Origin: a virus | Taxonomy: Duplodnaviria; Heunggongvirae; Uroviricota; Caudoviricetes | Reading direction: 5' to 3' (one strand) | DNA length: 64,000 nucleotides | IMG/VR virus record: IMGVR_UViG_3300046311_000202 | In this document: one piece after another, positions 9,818 through 20,475 of the stretch | Layout of the letters: the number at the start of each line of letters is the position of its first letter | Numbering within the stretch: the stretch's first letter is position 1 | Program-made: the position numbers and the translations under genes | Notes under the pieces: generated by a model | The model's database searches: none | What the model saw: the letters and a program-made list of their open reading frames with translations, nothing else | What the model was told of the DNA's origin: nothing

Positions 9818-12800
9818 ATGCAAGAAGATAAATTATTAGATTTTAAAAACCAAGAGATTGGCTTTTTAGTAGAGGATATAAGAGATAAGAATAGAGAAAA
9901 AGCATTATCAGTAGTAGCACCTATTGATGATGCTTTAGCTAATCTTGGAGCAATGGGCAAGTTGCCAAAACAAGCTCCAGGAACTTCTTTAGATTCTATG
10001 ATAGCCTCTGCTACAAACAAACCAAAAATGGTAGACTACTCAAACGTAAAGTATGAGGATGTTTATAGTAAATATAGTGATGGGACTTTTACTCCGAGAT
10101 ACGACCAGTACTCTACAGTAAACCTTGATCAGGAAGAGGTTGCAGCAAGCAGACAATCTTCTGGGGATATTTGGGCAAATGCATTACCTAAATTTACAGG
10201 TAAGCTATTGACAAATACTATAGGCCAATTAGGTGGAATCTTCTATGGCATAGGAGCAGCAGTTAATACAGGTAGTATGCAGTCTATATATGACAACTCC
10301 TTTATGGATGCAGTCAATGACGCAAATACCTTTATGGATAACAAGCTTCCAACATATAAATCAAAAGCAGACAGAGAAGCAACAGGATTAGATTATTTGA
10401 CTAAGCAAACAACTTGGGCAGATGATTTCTTGAATGGTACAGCCTTTTTTGGAGGAGCTATATTATCTGAGGCTGCTATAGAGTGGGCTACAGGTGGTGC
10501 GGCATCAAGTACAGCATTAGCTAGATGGGGAGCTAAGTTAGAACAACTACCAGGATTTGCTAAGACTTTGAATGCAGCTAGAAAGGCTTCTAACCCTGCA
10601 TCTAAAGCTTTTGCAACAGGTAAATTATCCACAGGACTAGCTACAAATTTAGGTAAGACAGGTGAATTACTTCATACAATAAGATTTACAGCAACAAGTG
10701 CCGGATACGAATCTGCATTTGAGGCTAATGCTTATATGAAAGAATCTGAAGCTAATTACTACAATTCTTTCCAAGAAGCTAATGGTAGAATGCCTACAGC
10801 AGAAGAAGAAATGGATTTCAGAAGAAACCTAAAGACATCTGCTGATGGATTATTTGGCTTCAATATGGCGATAGTTGGATCATCTAACTTAGCTATAATG
10901 GGAAAATGGTTTGACGTAAAAAGCCCCCTAACAGCACCAAGCAAATGGGCCAACTCTAAATTATTTGGGGTAGGTTACAAAAAAGTAGGTGATGAAGTAG
11001 TAGAGATAACAGGTAACAAACTTCAAAAAGCTTTAGGTAAAAGCTACGGCTTTGCTAAACCTATGTTTGTTGAAGGTGTCTGGGAAGAGGGTATGCAATC
11101 TGTTGGTACTAATACTGCCAGTAATTGGGTACAAGCTAAATACGATCCAAAATATACAAAAAATACATATGACTTAGTAGACTCTTTTTCAGACGGACTT
11201 GCCGAAACTTACGGTACAGCAGAAGGTTGGAAAGAGATACAAATGGGTATGCTTATTGGTTTATTAGGTGGAGCTGCAGGTAACAAGTACAGCACTGGGA
11301 AATTTAACCCAGAGTACTCACAAGCAGTAGCTAAAAATAAACTTACTGTAGATACCATGAATGCCTATTCTGGTAAAAGAGTTGCTGAAACTATGGCTTA
11401 TGCAAACCGTGTACAAAGTGCAAACGAGGCATCAGAACAAGCACAAGCAGCAGGAGATTTTACAGGGTCAGAATTAGCAAGACAATCAGCAGCTTTAGCT
11501 CAATTAAACTTTGCATACAACCTTGACTACATGGATGATGCAATGGAGAATACTATAACATCTATCAGAAACATAGATAATCAGTCTTTGATGACTGAGT
11601 ATGGTGTAGATGAGAAATCTGCAGAAGACATGAAAGCAAAAATGATCGAGGAGTACAAAGGTACTGCAGAATCATACAAAAAGAATAGAGACTTTGCTGA
11701 GTACTTCATAGGTAATAAATTATCTTCAGAAGAAAAAGCATTGTTACAAAAACATGATGTAAACTCTTTAAAAGAAGCTTTAGCTTACGAGCTTACATTA
11801 GGTGAAAAAGCAGATAAATTTTCTAAAGATATCTTACAAGCTATCAAAGAAAAAGTTGGTACAACAGTGGCAGGGCAAGAGGTTTCTGATGCTATGACTA
11901 TAGATGATGTACTGACTAAAGCCGGAAAACAAACAAAAAAAGAAGGTGAAAGAAAAGTATCTGAAATAACAAAGCTTAAAGCAAAAGTTACAGCCTTAGA
12001 AGAAGAGTACAAAAAAGTACAAAACACTTTTTATAACTCAGTTTCAGAAGAAGAGAAAAAGACATTGCTAGGAAAACTAGACAGCATAACTTCTCAAAAG
12101 CAAGAGGCAGAAACTAAAAGAGCTGAATTAGCAAAAGAATACGAAGCATTGTTTACTGCTGCTAAAATGAAAAACCCTTTCAGTAAGGACGGATCTAGTA
12201 TTGTTATAACAGCAGCAAAACTTGATGTTTTAAGAGAACAAGCAGGAAATGTTAAATCAATAATTTCAGAATACCAAAAAGCTAACCCACAAGAGTCAGC
12301 TCAGTTAGAGAAGTTAGTTGAAGAGTATGGTAGATCATTGGATGCATTCCAAAAGTATGCAGATTTAGCTAGACAAATAACTGACCCTAGCTTAGGGTTA
12401 AGAGGTAAAAGAAACTTTATTTCTGAGATAAAAAGAGACAAGTCTCCTAATGAAGTGACTGTTGAAATGCTTGAGACACTTTCTGGACGTATGGCACAAG
12501 CTACAGAGCAAGTAACTCAAGCCACAATAGAGGGTAATGAAAGAGTAAAATCGGCAGTAGAAGAAGCAGAAGCTAAGAAAAAAGGAGCTACTATAGATAA
12601 ACCTACAGCAGAACAAAAGCTAAACAAAAAGCAGAAAGAGATTGATAAAGTAAACGAAGAGTATAACTCTGAACCAATAGGTTCAAAAGCTATAACAGAT
12701 ACTATATCAAAACTAGCAGAGGATAACTACCTATTTACACATGTTACAAGTGAGCAAGAAGCTAAGAACATATTAGCTAATGGGTTTACTGTAAGTTTAG

Positions 12801-15484
12801 GTAAAGGTATCTCTAGCACTCTTACACAGTTAGGCTTAGATGGTGCAATGGCCCAAATAGACAGCCTTATAAATGGGGAGATAGTACACAGAGATCTAAA
12901 TAATGATAGTGTAGCTATTGTAGCTGTGCCTAAGTCGGCTATTGATGCCACAGAAGGTAACACTATTTCAGATAAATTTGAAAATTGGTTAGTAGAAAAT
13001 AATCACATAAACGAAAAAGGTGATCTAGCTATACCTAAGGAATTAAATGCCGGGTATCTTAGTGAGAGAAGCAAATTTGTATTAAGCAATACAGAAGCTT
13101 CAGAAAAAGAAAAACAAGCTAAATTAGAGGCTATTGAGAAAAAGTATGAGCCTAAATCCAAAGAAGAGACAGTAGCTAAGCTTAGAGCTCAAGAGAAAAA
13201 AGAATTAGCAGAAGCTATCCCTAACATAAACGATTACAAAGTAAACGGGAAAGTAGACAAGGATAAGATAACTAATGCAGAAGATAAGGCTAAGTTTGAA
13301 GAGATCTATGCTAAATACGACAAGCTTATTACCCCTTTATTGGAGGAAGCTAAAAAGCCAGAAGTACAACAAGCAAAGAAATCAATAAGACAGACTGTTA
13401 CAGACATGATCAAAAACAGTCCATATCTTTTAGAATACTATGGGCAAGATGCTGTTCCACAAACACCAACTTCTGATGAAATTGAAGAGTTTTATGAACT
13501 AGCAGCTAAAGCTATAGATGATCCTAAGATTGATACTGATCTTATTGCATTTAAGAACCCTTACAACTCTAAGAGATTTACTCCAACAACAAGACCATCT
13601 TTAACTAAGGCAGAGGTAATAAGATTACAAGAGCTTAATAATAAAATGGCAGATTGGCAATTATTAGAGGGAGTAGCAAATGACTCAGGGATATCTATAA
13701 AAGATATGTTGTTACAAGATATAGCAACTAATCAATTCGTAGAGCCTAAGATAAACAGTGAGCTTACAGAAACAGAGCTTATAAACATATCTGAAAGAGA
13801 GCCAAAAGAAACTGACGAAGGAGAGGGAATAAGAAATGAAGAGGTATTACAGGTATATCAAAACGTAGTTATAAAAAGAAACAAGTTTGGCACCACAATA
13901 TCTCACTTAACACTTCCAGGATTGATTTCAAGAATGGATGTAGCTGATACCGTAGCTTATGTAGAAACAGAGGTTGTAGACAAAAAGGTAAAAACTGTAC
14001 CTAATACAGCCAAAGATATCTCAGTTGCACAAGTAGCTGCTAACGTTAAGCCAGGGGCTAATTTTGTTGTAACATTTAAAGACGGAGCAACAGCTACAAT
14101 AATTGTAGATAGAAGTGGAAGCTTAGTTATAAAGAAAGAGTCAGAAGTAAACAAAGTACTAGAAGAATCTGGTATGAGCTATATAGAGAACTCTTTTACA
14201 AAAGACTCAGGTTTCTCTCCGGTATACAGTAATGACACTGGTGAGATGATGCTTACAGATTTTAAAGACTCTAGCGAATACTCTCCTATGGAACTTTACA
14301 ATATGGTTCCAGGAGATACAGTGACTTTCACACTTGATTTAACTAATGACTACAATCAAAAGATAATTCAAGATTATATGGATGCTGTACAAGAGTTTTC
14401 AGATAAAGGCGGATTACCAGAAGTTGATGGAAAGATATCTCCAGAACTACTTAAGATAGAAAAAGACCTAGCTGATCAATTAAAGATCAATGTAACGGAC
14501 ATCAAAGGTAGAAAACTTGGAGACTTGAAGGCTAACTATGACACAAACAATAGTCCAGAGTTTTTATTACTTAGAGAAGAAGCTTTAAATATTGTTAAGA
14601 GTAAAGGTGCAGGTACCATAGTAGATATAGATTTACAACTATCAAAAGAGAGTTTTGTAAAACATGTTTTCTTAGGTATGCCTAACTTTAACATAGAAGA
14701 AGGAGCTATAAAATACTTTGAAATATCACCTAAAGCTGTTGTTGACTACGGATACGTACAGGATGGTAAAGTGGTACTAAAAGGCAACACTAAGAATGTA
14801 AGACAAGACTATGTGAAAAACTCGCTTAAGAAAGAAGGTTTGCCAGTAGTTGTGTTCAGTCAAGGTAAGTATCTTGTTGCTTTCCCTATGCAGTTGAAAG
14901 AAACGGCATCAAATATGGGGGATGTAGCAGCCGACAATTTAGCATCAGCTAAAAATTTAGGAGTTGGAGTGTTAGAGTTTAACAAGACTTTAGCAGAAAA
15001 TGGATTATCACCAGCTACATACAATTTGTATTACTTAAGTGGAGACAACCAAAGCTTATCAGATATGAATGGAAAAGCTTCTGAAAGTTTACTCAAAGCC
15101 ATAGATGACCTAAACAAGGTAAAACAAACAGTAGATGTATCTACATGGATGTTACCAGAGCATAGCAAAGAGAACTTAGTAAATGAGGCATCTTTAGCTA
15201 TAGACATTGAAAATAACCCCCTATCTTCACCTAAGCCAATAATAAACTTAGATAGAATGGTAGATTTTACTAGAGATTGGTACTCTGAGTTACAAGCTAC
15301 AGGGTCACTATCAGATGAAAAAGCTGCTGAAATAGCTAATAAGATCTTAAACAGAGAACCTATTACAGTTAAAGAGAACGAAGCATCTGATCATCCATTA
15401 GTACAAGAGTATATTGATGAGCAGTTAAGCCTAAATCAAGATCAGCAATCTGATATAGATGACGCTAAGAACGAAGAATGTTAA
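9818..15484 (+). CDS. Giant virion protein of 1888 aa, putative tail or ejected cargo protein
   Basis: A 5.7-kb uninterrupted ORF with long coiled-coil-like K/E-rich stretches. No recognisable enzymatic motif by eye. Confidence 0.5.
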   Translation: MQEDKLLDFKNQEIGFLVEDIRDKNREKALSVVAPIDDALANLGAMGKLPKQAPGTSLDSMIASATNKPKMVDYSNVKYEDVYSKYSDGTFTPRYDQYSTVNLDQEEVAASRQSSGDIWANALPKFTGKLLTNTIGQLGGIFYGIGAAVNTGSMQSIYDNSFMDAVNDANTFMDNKLPTYKSKADREATGLDYLTKQTTWADDFLNGTAFFGGAILSEAAIEWATGGAASSTALARWGAKLEQLPGFAKTLNAARKASNPASKAFATGKLSTGLATNLGKTGELLHTIRFTATSAGYESAFEANAYMKESEANYYNSFQEANGRMPTAEEEMDFRRNLKTSADGLFGFNMAIVGSSNLAIMGKWFDVKSPLTAPSKWANSKLFGVGYKKVGDEVVEITGNKLQKALGKSYGFAKPMFVEGVWEEGMQSVGTNTASNWVQAKYDPKYTKNTYDLVDSFSDGLAETYGTAEGWKEIQMGMLIGLLGGAAGNKYSTGKFNPEYSQAVAKNKLTVDTMNAYSGKRVAETMAYANRVQSANEASEQAQAAGDFTGSELARQSAALAQLNFAYNLDYMDDAMENTITSIRNIDNQSLMTEYGVDEKSAEDMKAKMIEEYKGTAESYKKNRDFAEYFIGNKLSSEEKALLQKHDVNSLKEALAYELTLGEKADKFSKDILQAIKEKVGTTVAGQEVSDAMTIDDVLTKAGKQTKKEGERKVSEITKLKAKVTALEEEYKKVQNTFYNSVSEEEKKTLLGKLDSITSQKQEAETKRAELAKEYEALFTAAKMKNPFSKDGSSIVITAAKLDVLREQAGNVKSIISEYQKANPQESAQLEKLVEEYGRSLDAFQKYADLARQITDPSLGLRGKRNFISEIKRDKSPNEVTVEMLETLSGRMAQATEQVTQATIEGNERVKSAVEEAEAKKKGATIDKPTAEQKLNKKQKEIDKVNEEYNSEPIGSKAITDTISKLAEDNYLFTHVTSEQEAKNILANGFTVSLGKGISSTLTQLGLDGAMAQIDSLINGEIVHRDLNNDSVAIVAVPKSAIDATEGNTISDKFENWLVENNHINEKGDLAIPKELNAGYLSERSKFVLSNTEASEKEKQAKLEAIEKKYEPKSKEETVAKLRAQEKKELAEAIPNINDYKVNGKVDKDKITNAEDKAKFEEIYAKYDKLITPLLEEAKKPEVQQAKKSIRQTVTDMIKNSPYLLEYYGQDAVPQTPTSDEIEEFYELAAKAIDDPKIDTDLIAFKNPYNSKRFTPTTRPSLTKAEVIRLQELNNKMADWQLLEGVANDSGISIKDMLLQDIATNQFVEPKINSELTETELINISEREPKETDEGEGIRNEEVLQVYQNVVIKRNKFGTTISHLTLPGLISRMDVADTVAYVETEVVDKKVKTVPNTAKDISVAQVAANVKPGANFVVTFKDGATATIIVDRSGSLVIKKESEVNKVLEESGMSYIENSFTKDSGFSPVYSNDTGEMMLTDFKDSSEYSPMELYNMVPGDTVTFTLDLTNDYNQKIIQDYMDAVQEFSDKGGLPEVDGKISPELLKIEKDLADQLKINVTDIKGRKLGDLKANYDTNNSPEFLLLREEALNIVKSKGAGTIVDIDLQLSKESFVKHVFLGMPNFNIEEGAIKYFEISPKAVVDYGYVQDGKVVLKGNTKNVRQDYVKNSLKKEGLPVVVFSQGKYLVAFPMQLKETASNMGDVAADNLASAKNLGVGVLEFNKTLAENGLSPATYNLYYLSGDNQSLSDMNGKASESLLKAIDDLNKVKQTVDVSTWMLPEHSKENLVNEASLAIDIENNPLSSPKPIINLDRMVDFTRDWYSELQATGSLSDEKAAEIANKILNREPITVKENEASDHPLVQEYIDEQLSLNQDQQSDIDDAKNEEC

Positions 15485-15501
15485 TAAAAAAAGTTAACAA
15501 A

Positions 15502-15533
15502 TTTGGTTTTTACAAAAAAAAGTACTAATTTTG
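15502..15533 (+). promoter_or_regulatory. Promoter: TTTG at 15502-15505, 20-nt spacer, TAatTTTG at 15526-15533
   Basis: Same architecture as the promoter at 6901. The ORF-track TTG start at 15531 lies inside the -7 box. Confidence 0.6.
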
Positions 15534-15554
15534 CATAAAAATAAACTAAGAAGA

Positions 15555-18500
15555 ATGAGCTTAAAGTGTAGAATTTATAAAGATGAAAATGGGGAGATTG
15601 ATTTTGTTGAAACTGCCAATGGTAGTAGAAGTAAATTATTTGATACATTAGTAGATATAACAGGCGGTAATAAAAACACCGCCTTAAATCTTTATGCCTT
15701 GACAGAAGTTGAGGATTTTAAAGACATTGCAGCGGCCAAAGTAAACTCTATTAAGAATAGAGTAAAAGGTTTAGCAAAAAAAGACAGTTTATCTAATAGT
15801 GTTATAGCTCAATATAATAAACTAGAAGACGGATCCACTCCAAAAGACATTACAGCTAATATAATAGAGAAACTATCTAACACAGGTTTATCTAATAGTG
15901 TTGCAATGCTTAACGGGGCACAAATTGCAAGCAAACTAAGAGAGTTTGGTAGAGAGAATGTATCAGAGAATACTGCAGGGTTTGTACACAAAGGAAATGT
16001 GTATTTAAACTCAGATATTATGGACTTAGATACACCTATCCATGAGTTTGGCCATATCTATTTAGACTGGTTAAAAACTAATAAGCCTGAACTTTACGAG
16101 GCAGGGGCAGCTTTAGTAATTAAGAATAAACAAGAGGCTAAGTCTTATGTAAACTATGTTAAACAAAATCAACCTAATCTAGTAGAGGGTACTGAGGAGT
16201 TTAACAATGAGGTGCTTTCACAAGTTATAGGGGACCAAGGAGCAAAGCTTATCAACTCTAAAGTTAGAGGTAGCTTAAAACAATGGTTAAACGATTTATT
16301 TGAGGCTATCAAAAATGTACTAGGGCTTTCAGACTATACAGCTAAACAGATTTCTTCTATGACATTAGGAGAGTTTGGTAAAGCTGCTGCTACAGACCTA
16401 TTAACAAAGAAGTTTGAAGGAAGCAGAGACTTTACAGACTCAGACAGCATTATGCTATCTGTACTTTCTGACTATAGAGACAATACTAGATTTAAGTTCT
16501 CAGATCTTATTTATCCAGACGTTGTTTTTAAAGATGTATCTAGCAAAGCAGAAACAAAAGTAGCAGTAGATTTCTACAAAAAGATTGTTAGTAAATTCAA
16601 CAAAACTTTCGACAGAGATTTAAAACTAACCTCATCGAATACAGCAGAAGACTTCACAGTAACAGTTGAGTATGAAACAGGGCTTAAACCAAAGTACTTT
16701 GCATACCCAACAGCGACTATGGGAGAGCATGCTACAGTGGATAACATAGACAAAAATGTACCTTTAACAAGTCTTAGACATGAATTGATACATGAGATGC
16801 TTGTTAAGAATATTACAGATAAGTTTGAAAGAATAAACAACCTTGATAATAGTGCTAACATAGTATCTATAGAGGAGGTACAAAGAAATAGAGCATACAA
16901 CTACACATTAGAAGATGTGTTCTTTGAAAGAGTTGTAGAGAATGTAGAGAGAAACCCGGACAACAAAGATACTTTTGAAGTTTCTACTTTTGGTACAGAC
17001 ATCATAAACAGAGTTAAGAAAGAATTAGAAGGGGCTGAGATCACAAAAGACAATGTGATAAGCACTTTAGAAGAACTTTTTGATGGAAGTAACCCATGGT
17101 TAAAGTCTACAGTACTTGATATTTTTGAGAATAAAGTAGACTATTCTGTAGAGGACCTTTCTCAACTAAACGAAGAAGTAGGAATAATGTTCAAACAAAG
17201 GTTTGATCTTTCTAGAGATATCTTTAGTAAAGAACTACAAAGTAAAATATTTGACTTTGCTACTTTTTTCAACGAAGAGTATTCAGGGGTTCTTACTAGA
17301 TTGAATAAAATAGAAAAAAGAAATAAACTTACTAGGGTAGTTCCTGGTAATACATTATTTGTAGAGAGTTTGCCGGCTGCTACAACTATAGCAAATGCTT
17401 ACAAGAGGGATATGGGGATACCTTTATCAGAGACTCGTAAGATAGAAATGCTAGACATAGACAACAGCAAAAAAATAGCTCAAGAATTTGAGAGCATGGT
17501 AGACGAAAGAGGTAACCTAAGCTCTGAAACAAAAGAGGCTTACGATGCTTTAATAACAGAAACTTTAGCACAGTATGAAAAGATACTAGACTATGGTTAT
17601 GTTATGGAGATCAATAATGATGAGCCCTATTCAAGTTCTAAAGAGATGATAGAAGACCTACGTGATAACAAACGTATGAAAGTATTTTCTACAGAGTCAG
17701 GATTTGGAGTAGGGGGAATAACAGCTGCTGAAAAAGCAAGTGACCCTAGACTTGAAACTACAAAGTTTACAGATGTAAATGGATACCCTTTATTATTTAA
17801 TGACGTATTCAGATTTGTACATGACTTTTTTGGACACGCTAAATTAGGAAATGGATTTGGTGCGATAGGTGAAGAGAATGCTTGGAATGTACATTACGAG
17901 ATGTACTCTCCAAAAGCTAAGAGAGCGATGACAACTGAGACAAGAGGTCAAAATTCTTGGGTTAATTTCTCAGGAGTTAATGATGAAGCTTTTGCTCTTA
18001 GAGATCAAGCTAGAAAGCTTAGAAAAGAGGGTAAATTGGAAGAAGCAAATGCTATCACTAGTCAAGTATACGATATGATGAAGTTTGCAGATCAAAAGCT
18101 AGGTCTTATGCCTATGTGGGTATCAAAAGCAAACTACACATCTCTAGAAGATAGAAGATCAATAGAAGTTGATGGAAGCAAGATATTCTTCAGAAACCAA
18201 ATCAACCCTATAACAGGGGAAGCTACAGGTAAAGTAGAGATGGAGTTGATAGAGACACCAGTAGAGCTAAGAGGCCAAGGTAAAGCAAGAGAGACGTTCA
18301 AAACAGCTTTAAGATATACAGACTCTTTAGGAAAAGATACAGTCTTAACAATAGCAAGTAGAGATAAATTTACTACAGATGCCGGACTAGAGAGATTCTA
18401 TTCATCATTAGGTTACTCTAAGACATCGGACTTTGAAATGGAGAGAAAGGCTAAGCCAGTTCTTCCTGCAAGCTATGATGATAATGGAGAGCCTGGAGTT

Positions 18501-20381
18501 AAGGATTTGATGGAGTACATAAACTCTACTAGCACATCTGAAAAGTTATCAATAGAAGATCAAATTGTTTCAAGAAATGTAGCATTATCTATGGGGGCAA
18601 AATCTTCTGATGAACTTATTTCAAACCTAGAGAAAGCTATACTAAAAAATGGAATGTTTGTTTTTGATAAAGGATCTCTTCAAAAAAGTGGAGTGTTTAA
18701 TAAGTATGAAGCTACTAAAATAGCAAACTCATTGCCTTTACAAAGAAGCATAAAAAATGCATTTTTACAATTAAAAAATACAGAGCCTTTTACACTAGAG
18801 TACGATGAAAATTTTATCACTACTATAGGTTCACAACTTAATATTTTTGGTAAGCAGGAAGCTATGAACCCGTTTGTAGCAGAAGCAGAATTAGCTACAG
18901 ATATTGCAGGAATTAGCGAGGAAGAAGTTGCAGATTACTTACTACCAGAACTTGGAGAGAAGTACTTAAGCAACCCAAAATTCAAAGAGGCTGTAAACAA
19001 TATAGCTCTGAATAACAAGCTTACAAATGTAAAGGTAGTAAAAGACGGATTGCTAGAGGACAAAACAGTAGAAATAGAAGAGACTATAGCTAACACATTA
19101 ATAGACACTGAGAACCAGGAATTAGCCGAAAATATAAGGTTTATAAATGAGGATATTTCAGAAGAAGTTTGGGACGAAAATCCAAACCTAGTTGTAAGAG
19201 TCTTGGAGGCTATAAAGAAAGATGCTATTAATAGTGGTATAGACTTAAAGGATATTTCAACCAGAGTTCTTAGCAATAGTAGAGAGGACATTTTATATTT
19301 ATTAGAAACTGTTGAAAACCTATTACAAGATGGTTTAACAGAACCTAACGTAAGAGAGTTCTCAGTAGCTTATAAAAAGTTCTTTGAGTTAGATACTATA
19401 GAGACCCAAGTAATAAAGACAGACAGTGAATTTGATGTAGTAGTTGAGGCGAATATGTCTGAGTACGAATTATTCAAAAACTTTGGTTTAGTTAAAAAGC
19501 AGGGGGATATCTACAGACAGACAGAAGAGCAATCACTAGAAGATCTATACGAAGCAATTCTTGAATATCCAGAGGTAATACCATCAGATATCACAACAGT
19601 AGAAGATCTGAAATCTTTTGTAGAAAAAGATATTACAAACTTAGAAGTTTCTGACTATGAAGTAGATCCAGATATGTTAGCTAAGATGTACTTATACAAA
19701 AGGTATTTTGGATTCCCTATTAAAGCTAGGGAGATACAGGTTTCTACAGAAGGCTTAAACAAAGTTACATCTAGCCCTGAGTACTTAGTTACAGAATTTG
19801 TAAAAGAGTTCAACAAGTGGGTCCTAGAGACAGAGAATAAGTACTTCAAGGTAACAGAAAAAGGTATAGAGTTAACAGAAAAAGACCCTTTATCAAAAGA
19901 GGAGGCTATCTTAACTGTACCAGAAGAGTTCTTGAAAGATCTCTCAGAGTATGATGCATTATCAAAAAACCTTAATTTAGGTATAGAGTCAAAAGAACTA
20001 GTTTTTGAAGACTACGATAGTCAATCACAACAAAGAGACTTCTTTGCTAATAACCCAAGCCTTGCTAAAAAGTTATCAGGAGATTACTTATACATAGAAG
20101 ACGGTGTACTAGCTGCTAAGAATGAAACTGAGACTTTTGTAAGAACACCACAGGGGGTTTTTGAAATGATATACGAAGCAGGGAACGTTAAGTTTTACAA
20201 CAAACTGCCATCTATGGATGCAAATTTTAAATTGATCGGTTTAGAAAAACCTTTATCGGATGTCAATTTTAATAAGTATCAGTATCTAGAGAATTCACCA
20301 AGTGAGTTTAAGGTGGCTAAAAACTACTATACTAAACAAGAGTTGAAACAAATAGACGATGAATATTTCAACTGTCAATAA
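15555..20381 (+). CDS. Giant virion protein of about 1609 aa from the ATG at 15555, with three zincin-like metallopeptidase motifs (HEFGH, HELIH, HDFFGH). Putative polyvalent or ejected effector protein.
   Basis: HEFGHIY is at nt 16041-16055, HELIHEM at 16779-16799 and HDFFGH at 17820-17837. HExxH is the zincin zinc-binding signature. The first in-frame ATG after the promoter is at 15555, and the track start at 15531 is a TTG. Confidence 0.5.
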   Translation: MSLKCRIYKDENGEIDFVETANGSRSKLFDTLVDITGGNKNTALNLYALTEVEDFKDIAAAKVNSIKNRVKGLAKKDSLSNSVIAQYNKLEDGSTPKDITANIIEKLSNTGLSNSVAMLNGAQIASKLREFGRENVSENTAGFVHKGNVYLNSDIMDLDTPIHEFGHIYLDWLKTNKPELYEAGAALVIKNKQEAKSYVNYVKQNQPNLVEGTEEFNNEVLSQVIGDQGAKLINSKVRGSLKQWLNDLFEAIKNVLGLSDYTAKQISSMTLGEFGKAAATDLLTKKFEGSRDFTDSDSIMLSVLSDYRDNTRFKFSDLIYPDVVFKDVSSKAETKVAVDFYKKIVSKFNKTFDRDLKLTSSNTAEDFTVTVEYETGLKPKYFAYPTATMGEHATVDNIDKNVPLTSLRHELIHEMLVKNITDKFERINNLDNSANIVSIEEVQRNRAYNYTLEDVFFERVVENVERNPDNKDTFEVSTFGTDIINRVKKELEGAEITKDNVISTLEELFDGSNPWLKSTVLDIFENKVDYSVEDLSQLNEEVGIMFKQRFDLSRDIFSKELQSKIFDFATFFNEEYSGVLTRLNKIEKRNKLTRVVPGNTLFVESLPAATTIANAYKRDMGIPLSETRKIEMLDIDNSKKIAQEFESMVDERGNLSSETKEAYDALITETLAQYEKILDYGYVMEINNDEPYSSSKEMIEDLRDNKRMKVFSTESGFGVGGITAAEKASDPRLETTKFTDVNGYPLLFNDVFRFVHDFFGHAKLGNGFGAIGEENAWNVHYEMYSPKAKRAMTTETRGQNSWVNFSGVNDEAFALRDQARKLRKEGKLEEANAITSQVYDMMKFADQKLGLMPMWVSKANYTSLEDRRSIEVDGSKIFFRNQINPITGEATGKVEMELIETPVELRGQGKARETFKTALRYTDSLGKDTVLTIASRDKFTTDAGLERFYSSLGYSKTSDFEMERKAKPVLPASYDDNGEPGVKDLMEYINSTSTSEKLSIEDQIVSRNVALSMGAKSSDELISNLEKAILKNGMFVFDKGSLQKSGVFNKYEATKIANSLPLQRSIKNAFLQLKNTEPFTLEYDENFITTIGSQLNIFGKQEAMNPFVAEAELATDIAGISEEEVADYLLPELGEKYLSNPKFKEAVNNIALNNKLTNVKVVKDGLLEDKTVEIEETIANTLIDTENQELAENIRFINEDISEEVWDENPNLVVRVLEAIKKDAINSGIDLKDISTRVLSNSREDILYLLETVENLLQDGLTEPNVREFSVAYKKFFELDTIETQVIKTDSEFDVVVEANMSEYELFKNFGLVKKQGDIYRQTEEQSLEDLYEAILEYPEVIPSDITTVEDLKSFVEKDITNLEVSDYEVDPDMLAKMYLYKRYFGFPIKAREIQVSTEGLNKVTSSPEYLVTEFVKEFNKWVLETENKYFKVTEKGIELTEKDPLSKEEAILTVPEEFLKDLSEYDALSKNLNLGIESKELVFEDYDSQSQQRDFFANNPSLAKKLSGDYLYIEDGVLAAKNETETFVRTPQGVFEMIYEAGNVKFYNKLPSMDANFKLIGLEKPLSDVNFNKYQYLENSPSEFKVAKNYYTKQELKQIDDEYFNCQ

Positions 20382-20387
20382 TAAGAA

Positions 20388-20419
20388 AAGGCTGCTGAAA
20401 AGTAGCCTTAACTTTTTTA
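20388..20419 (+). terminator. Rho-independent terminator: AAGGCTGCT-gaaa-AGTAGCCTT followed by a T6 run
   Basis: Stem-loop and T-run immediately after the stop at 20381, followed by the next promoter. Confidence 0.55.
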
Positions 20420-20424
20420 ATGTA

Positions 20425-20456
20425 TTTGGATATCACAAATAAAAACCTTAATTTTG
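20425..20456 (+). promoter_or_regulatory. Promoter: TTTG at 20425-20428, 20-nt spacer, TAatTTTG at 20449-20456
   Basis: Third copy of the same promoter architecture, 20 nt upstream of the ATG at 20476. Confidence 0.6.
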
Positions 20457-20475
20457 CATTATAATAATAAAAAAT

